64,000 nt of DNA from Psammoneis japonica (Eukaryota). The translations under genes were made by a program, and so were the position numbers. The notes below the pieces were generated by a model that saw only the letters and a list, made by a program, of their open reading frames with translations, did not search any database and had not been told where the DNA came from. The stretch is from the NCBI GenBank assembly GCA_008632985.1, contig QPGO01000021.1, forward strand, positions 434,001 through 498,000, written 5' to 3'. Each line of letters begins with the position of its first letter. Within the stretch, counting starts at the first letter, position 1. This document shows, piece after piece, positions 61,643 to 64,000 of this stretch.

Positions 61643-63291
61643 ATGACGAGACACAACTTGTACGGCGACGTTGCGATGGATCAATCGGTGGAAACAGAAT
61701 ACACATTCAAACCTATTCAGGTAAGAAGGAGGATGCATCAATGACTCTCGTTTCCTCGGCGTCTCTGGCTTGATGTTTGCCGACTCGCGGTGGTGCTGAA
61801 AGTTCTCGTTTGTGTCGGCATTTGTTGCGACTCGTACCGGATGGGTTCAGTCCTCCACTATCTCTGAACTTGTTTATACAGTTGAGTGTGTTGTAGATGG
61901 CAGCACTCACTTGTGTTGGAGCTAGTGGCTCGTTGCATATGCCATTGTTTGCGGCAATGCTGTTGTGGTGTGAACACGATAACTCTCTGTATTCTGTTAA
62001 TTTCTGTATTCTTTTGTATCGAATTTCGTATTCAATTTAGAGTTTTCCTATTGAAATCAAAATACCAATTCTTATAAAACCGATCTCACAGAATGTTGAT
62101 TTTCACTACGTGCGACTTTTCAACTCTTTAGCCATGGGAGCGGAACGTATCTACACCGGTACAGTCGCTGCAGCAGGTGACAATGGGTGGTATCGAAGAG
62201 GTTGTGGAGTCCCTACCTTACGGCATTGAGGTCAGTTTTTCTCGTGTTTGGCGGTTGTCTCCCGCTTTGAATTTTATATATGTCTCTCATGTCTGTATAT
62301 TTCTATATTTTTTTCATTCTATCCGACCTTTCCGTTCACTGTCACAACGATACTTGACGTCACTTTACATGACCCGATGTCAAATTTTCGGCCAACTTTT
62401 TTTCAATACTCCCCATAAAACCGTTCCCACTTTTTCGCTCTTCCATGATTTGCGTGACTGATTCAGACTCCTCTCGACGAGAAGCTATGCATGTGCACTG
62501 AAGACCTTTATCATGACATGCGCGAACGACAAGTAGACTTTGTGTCACCGGAAACGTACATTCAGAATGATTTGTATCTGCCGTTCAGACGATACCTCGT
62601 GGACTGGATATCAGACGTGGGCGAACAATGCCGTCTGCACAATACTACCGTGCACGTGAGCATTCTTTTTCTTGACAAAATCTTTCGTAACCGTGATATT
62701 CCTCGCAACAAGTGGCAGCTCCTGGCCACTGCATGCATCACTGTCGCTGCAAAATATGAGGAAGCCGAAGAGCACTGTCCTCCGATTCCTGAGCTACTGC
62801 AGTTGACGAAGCTAAGCCATGCGGGTCACACTTCGCTCTCGTTTCGAGATGGAGAGGTTGAAGTTCTCCGTCTATTGGGGTGGAGACTTCGAGCTGTGCC
62901 ACCGTTGCATGTCATTGGATATTTCCTTGCCAAGGGCGTCACGTTCGAGAACGACTCTTGGCAGGGACGAGCCCTCATCGAAAAGATTCCCAAGTATGTG
63001 AAGAAGTACGCTGAGTTCTTTTGCAATCTCACTCTTCAGGACTACGTGTTTCAACAATACTATCCGACCCATCTTGCCGCCGGTATTCTTATGGCGTCTC
63101 GAGTAGCGCTTCAGTTGCAGCCACGATGGAGACCAGAGTTGGAGCGATTAACCGGTTATGACGAAGCCAGTATTGTTGACGTGTTTGAACATGTTTGGGG
63201 ATACTACGAGAAGCAGTTTCCTGGACACGGCTCAAGGTCGATTTCGCCCAGGAGTGTTGCCAGCTCACACAACATGTCATCGTTTGACTAG
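61643..63291 (+). CDS. Cyclin (N- and C-terminal cyclin boxes); main exon 62467-63291, probable upstream exons 61643-61720 and 62177-62230
   Basis: RRYLVDWISDV, TVHVSILFLDK, QLLATACITVAAKYEE, EVEVLRLLGWRL, FQQYYPTHLAAG; upstream exons inferred from phase-0 GT-AG junctions. Confidence 0.9.
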
Positions 63292-64000
63292 TCACACGGT
63301 CGTGCGTTTCGTATTTTACGTTTTGGCCGGCGGAAAGTTGCTCGGTCATACCTGTTTCACTATGTGGATTTGAAGGAAAGGCGTGGAGAGAATGATGTAG
63401 CTATTTATTCCTCTCATCTTTTTCATGCGGCTGGCTTGGTTTGAAACCTTGTCGCCACCCGCTGCTTGACTGTCATTGTTGACAACCCAAAGCACTTTAG
63501 TTATACCCGAAAGTGTGTTGTCACTGTCTAGCAGCTCGTGTACCGGTACATTATTTGATAACGACGGAATAGCGACCGCATTTACCCCTCTTGTAAACTC
63601 GTACTTCCTTATGTTCTCTACGAAACTCGAGCGCTTGTTTAGTTTTCAGTTTTGGAGGGAAAATTGTGACGAGCTTCGGCGTAGGATTAAAAATAACCGT
63701 TCGTGAAGGTTTCAATGTTCCCTGAAAAGTGCGGCAAAATTTTTGTCAAAGAAAAACTGGCGGCAACGCGGCAACCGTTGAGTGAGCACATCCCGTCCAT
63801 GCACCTCGCCTGGCGATCTCCAATCACATCCCTTAGTCTCACTCTTCTTAGTAGTAGTAGCAGATACCATGACGTCCTTGCTGCAAGTCGAACACGAGCA
63901 GCAGCTGTTCCAAAAATCGCTGAAATGGGGACTTTGTGCCTCTGTTTTGTTTCTTTCTGGAACAATCATTGTTGTTCCCTCCGTGTTGTGCGAGATGAAT

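Overview
Eukaryotic genomic window, most likely from a diatom: ASAFAP-type plastid presequences, frustulin-type Cys-rich repeats, a CoDi-like copia element and short GT-AG introns. It alternates between two compartments. (1) Ordinary intron-containing host genes: bestrophin-like channel, ZIP transporter, MRH-GH47-PA mannosidase, a duplicated Cys-rich secreted protein, GnT-I, FAD monooxygenase, a frustulin-like mosaic protein, an atypical thioredoxin, a PHD/ePHD protein and a cyclin. (2) Four transposon-rich blocks (about 1-21.5 kb, 32.3-34.95 kb, 43.2-48.3 kb, 53.85-56.1 kb) holding an Ngaro-type tyrosine-recombinase retrotransposon, an internally deleted copia element with intact TSD, a solo LTR, LINE remnants and unidentified decayed ORFs. 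The main result is that these blocks have almost no TpA dinucleotides. TpA has become TpG or CpA (A:T>G:C on both strands), turning conserved Tyr into Cys/His (including the recombinase catalytic Tyr) and removing TAA/TAG stops. CpG decay is superimposed and is less advanced in the young element. Paired LTRs and split repeats differ only by such transitions, while a duplicated host gene next door is untouched. This looks like a repeat-targeted hypermutation or genome-defence process running opposite to fungal RIP. No candidate enzyme is visible in the window. All counts are hand tallies, and a base-calling artefact must be excluded with independent reads.
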